Origin: Candidatus Latescibacterota bacterium | GTDB taxonomy: Bacteria; Krumholzibacteriota; Krumholzibacteriia; WVZY01 | NCBI GenBank assembly: GCA_963791045.1 | Contig: CAWBQK010000013.1 | Span: forward strand, 270,933 to 334,932 | Direction of reading: 5' to 3' | Length of the DNA: 64,000 nucleotides | Part shown: positions 62,636-64,000 of the stretch, piece after piece | Layout: each line of letters opens with the position of its first letter | Position numbering within the stretch: the first letter of the stretch is position 1 | The notes under the pieces: generated by a model | Seen by the model: only the letters and a program-made list of their open reading frames with translations | The model's database searches: none | Told to the model about the DNA's origin: nothing | Translations under genes and position numbers: made by a program

Positions 62636-64000
62636 ATGGCTGACAAATACATAAAGGTACAGAGTAAAAACTGTATCCGACGGATTCCTACAGGTGAAGA
62701 ATTGCTTCACGATCCTTCTCTGAACAAGGGCACCGCATTTACGGAAGCGGAGCGTGACGCGTTGGGATTGCGAGGACTGCTTCCGCCTGTTGTGGTGGAC
62801 ATCGAACGACAGCTGCTGCGCATCATGGAAAACTTCAAGACAAAGCCGAATCAGCTCGAGAGGTTTATCCAGATGGCCGCGCTCCAGGACAGGAACGAGA
62901 CGCTGTTCTACCGTTTTATTCTCGACAACATCGTTGAGCTGATGCCGATTATCTATACACCTGTGGTCGGTAAGGCGTGCCAGGAATACGGGCACATCCT
63001 TCGGCGCTCGCGCGGCGTCTTTCTGTCGGCGAATGACAAGGGTCACATGAAAGACATTCTCCGCAACTGGCGAACGACGGAAACGCGGGTTATCGTCGTA
63101 ACAGACGGCGAACGTATCCTCGGTCTCGGTGATCTCGGAGCCAACGGAATGGGCATTCCGGTCGGCAAGCTGTGTCTCTACACGGCGTGTGCCGGCGTTG
63201 ACCCGCAGTTGTGCCTCCCCATCACTCTCGATGTCGGAACGAACAACCAGGCGCTTCTCGAAGATCCGCTGTATATCGGCGTGAAGAAGCCGAGACTTCG
63301 CGGTGATGAATACGACGAAATCGTTGATGAGTTTGTGTGGGCCGTGCAGGACGTCTTCCCAAACTGTCTGATCCAGTGGGAAGATTTTGCGAACCTAAAC
63401 GCATTCCGCGTGCTCGACAAGTACCGCGAACAGGTATGTTCGTTCAATGACGACATCCAGGGCACGGCCGGCGTGACACTTGCCGGGATCTACGGCTCGA
63501 TGAGAATCACGGGCGGCGCCCTCAAAGATCAGAATATCGTGTTCCTCGGCGGCGGTTCCGCAGCCGTCGGAATCAGCAATCTCATCGTGTCGGCAATGAT
63601 TGCCGAAGGGCTTTCACCTGAAGAAGCGAAGAGACGTTGCTGGATGGTTGACTCAAAGGGTCTCGTGGTCAAGAGTCGGCTCGAAGAGCTCCAGCCGCAC
63701 AAGCTTGGCTTCGCCCACGAGCATGAGTTCCATCCCGATCTTCTGTCCGTCATAAAGGATCTCAAACCCACGGCGCTCATCGGTGTGTCGGGTCAGCCCC
63801 AAACGTTTACCGAAGAAGTCGTTAAAACCATGAGTGAACTCAACGAGCGGCCGCTGGTCTTCGCCTTGTCGAATCCGACATCAAAGGCTGAGTGTACGGC
63901 GGAGCAGGCATACACATGGTCCGACGGTAGAGCGATTTATGCGAGCGGCAGCCCGTTCGATCCACTCGAAATCGGCGGCAAGAAATTCGTACCGGGCCAG
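62636..64000 (+). CDS. maeA: Malic enzyme, mirror copy (partial, runs off the window)
   Basis: Near-identical to the 5' part of 50590-52260; RBS AAGGAG. Confidence 0.85.
   Translation, partial: MADKYIKVQSKNCIRRIPTGEELLHDPSLNKGTAFTEAERDALGLRGLLPPVVVDIERQLLRIMENFKTKPNQLERFIQMAALQDRNETLFYRFILDNIVELMPIIYTPVVGKACQEYGHILRRSRGVFLSANDKGHMKDILRNWRTTETRVIVVTDGERILGLGDLGANGMGIPVGKLCLYTACAGVDPQLCLPITLDVGTNNQALLEDPLYIGVKKPRLRGDEYDEIVDEFVWAVQDVFPNCLIQWEDFANLNAFRVLDKYREQVCSFNDDIQGTAGVTLAGIYGSMRITGGALKDQNIVFLGGGSAAVGISNLIVSAMIAEGLSPEEAKRRCWMVDSKGLVVKSRLEELQPHKLGFAHEHEFHPDLLSVIKDLKPTALIGVSGQPQTFTEEVVKTMSELNERPLVFALSNPTSKAECTAEQAYTWSDGRAIYASGSPFDPLEIGGKKFVPGQ

Larger units (their letters stand above)
57450..64000. 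repeat. Right arm of giant inverted repeat (runs off the window)
   Basis: Mirror copy of CHAD-parA-trkA-trkH-maeA; 19-nt spacer at 57431-57449. Confidence 0.95.

Overview
GC-rich bacterial chromosomal segment. A FlgD-Ig/T9SS-like C-terminal sorting domain on the 1204-aa secreted protein suggests an FCB-group lineage (inference). I saw no rRNA, tRNA, CRISPR array or transposase. The main biological signal is a minus-strand operon at 5750-14053 with its own sigma70 promoter and terminator. It encodes an HD-variant protein, PrpD/MmgE dehydratase, fungal Lys4-type single-chain homoaconitase, homoisocitrate-dehydrogenase-like enzyme, a CitD-CitE fusion and CitF. It has no homocitrate synthase and no citC/citX/citG, so it looks like an undescribed (homo)tricarboxylate lyase pathway linking 2-oxoadipate with 2-oxoglutarate plus acetate/acetyl-CoA. 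The rest comprises Ppx/SixA, a 7-PAS kinase with a NarL-type regulator and a candidate sRNA, two TolC-MFP-RND systems, secreted peptidases, a lipoprotein-type adenylate kinase, exported MsrB, malic enzyme, Trk K+ uptake and CHAD-ParA. The last 13 kb (50896-64000) is a giant palindrome centred at about 57440 inside the CHAD gene. Its right arm carries a divergent, frameshifted trkA/trkH. Together with three +1 frameshifts elsewhere, this points to long-read or metagenome assembly artefacts until reads show otherwise.
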